From assembly GCA_051439505.1 (NCBI GenBank), contig JBFRWI010000190.1:1-15313 (forward strand): 15,313 nt of DNA, read 5' to 3'. Each line of letters begins with the position of its first letter. Position 1 is the first letter of the stretch. The translations under genes and the position numbers were made by a program. The notes under the pieces were generated by a model. That model saw only the letters and a program-made list of their open reading frames with translations. It was not told where the DNA came from and made no database searches. Source of the DNA: Hormoscilla sp. Lineage in GTDB: Bacteria > Cyanobacteriota > Cyanobacteriia > Cyanobacteriales > Desertifilaceae. Shown here one piece after another: positions 14,677 to 15,313 of this stretch.

Positions 14677-15270
14677 ATGATGAATGCCGCAGCTTGCGAA
14701 CTCAGTGTTTTGGCCCCTCGCACTCAGTCTCCCATTCGTGGGTCGGTGGTGGTGCCGGATTTTTGGCAGATGGCCCTCTCGATGCAAAAGGCGATTTATC
14801 ATTGCTGTCTGGGCTGTATGAACGGGAACGCTGCCGATGCGGAAGACGCGGTTCAGGATGTCCTCATTCATGCCAGCCAACAGTACCCCAAACACGCTGG
14901 TAAAATTAAAAACTTCACTGCCTGGATGCTGCAAGTGACGCTGAACTTCTGCAGAACACGCATCCGCAAACTTCGCAAGCTGGCAACCGGTGTCGATGAT
15001 ATTGAGTTGGTGACGGCCTTGGGGGGTATTGACCGGTACTCAGATGATGATTTGCCGGAGCATAGGCTGGTCAGCGATGAAGAATCTGCGAAAATAGATT
15101 CCGAGATCGCATCTTTGCCCGATACATTGCGGGAGACCTATAGTTTACATTATTACGAACAGCTGACAAATACAGAAATAGCTGACAGAGTTGTGACTAA
15201 GTGCCCGAAAACCTACACATCTCTCACACAAGCCACGAAAATTCAGTATCGTCGAGATTGTTATCGGTAG
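14677..15270 (+). CDS. ECF-type (sigma-70 group 4) RNA polymerase sigma factor with divergent region 4.2, 197 aa
   Basis: Region 2: GNAADAEDAVQDVLI and NFTAWMLQVTLNFCRTRIRK. Region 4: IASLPDTLRETYSLHYYEQLTNTEIA. The start codon is uncertain. Confidence 0.82.
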   Translation: MMNAAACELSVLAPRTQSPIRGSVVVPDFWQMALSMQKAIYHCCLGCMNGNAADAEDAVQDVLIHASQQYPKHAGKIKNFTAWMLQVTLNFCRTRIRKLRKLATGVDDIELVTALGGIDRYSDDDLPEHRLVSDEESAKIDSEIASLPDTLRETYSLHYYEQLTNTEIADRVVTKCPKTYTSLTQATKIQYRRDCYR

Positions 15271-15313
15271 CGAAACTTTTTGCTATTTCCGTATTCTCGC
15301 GCTTTCCTGCAGA

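Noticed and set aside
14454..14903. 149-aa ORF overlapping the sigma gene
   Set aside because: It starts in repeat and hairpin DNA, spans the promoter, overlaps the sigma CDS out of frame and has no recognisable domain.

Overview
Cyanobacterial chromosomal DNA, judged from about 19 HIP1 GCGATCGC octamers counted by eye, STRR heptamer runs and many small palindromic repeats. Gene order: a vWA-domain protein (+); two tandem paralogous secreted DUF1565/parallel beta-helix proteins, each with a C-terminal COP23-like domain (-); a stand-alone DEAD/DEAH DUF1998 (MrfA/Hrq1-type) helicase (-); Hsp20/hspA (+) behind an 88-bp duplicated promoter; a GH57 glycoside hydrolase, nfuA-type NifU protein, DUF3386 protein and TRAP solute-binding protein (all -); a decayed MNT-HEPN toxin-antitoxin pair (-); and an ECF-type sigma factor (+). 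Most proteins belong to known families, and I found no new multi-gene system that I can support. The most unusual signal is non-coding. Several tiny palindromic elements are nested inside the hairpins of other repeats, up to three layers deep at 7429-7599. Empty copies of the same hosts occur elsewhere in the window, and two related inserts differ by compensatory base changes. All family calls come from motif recognition by eye; no searches were run.
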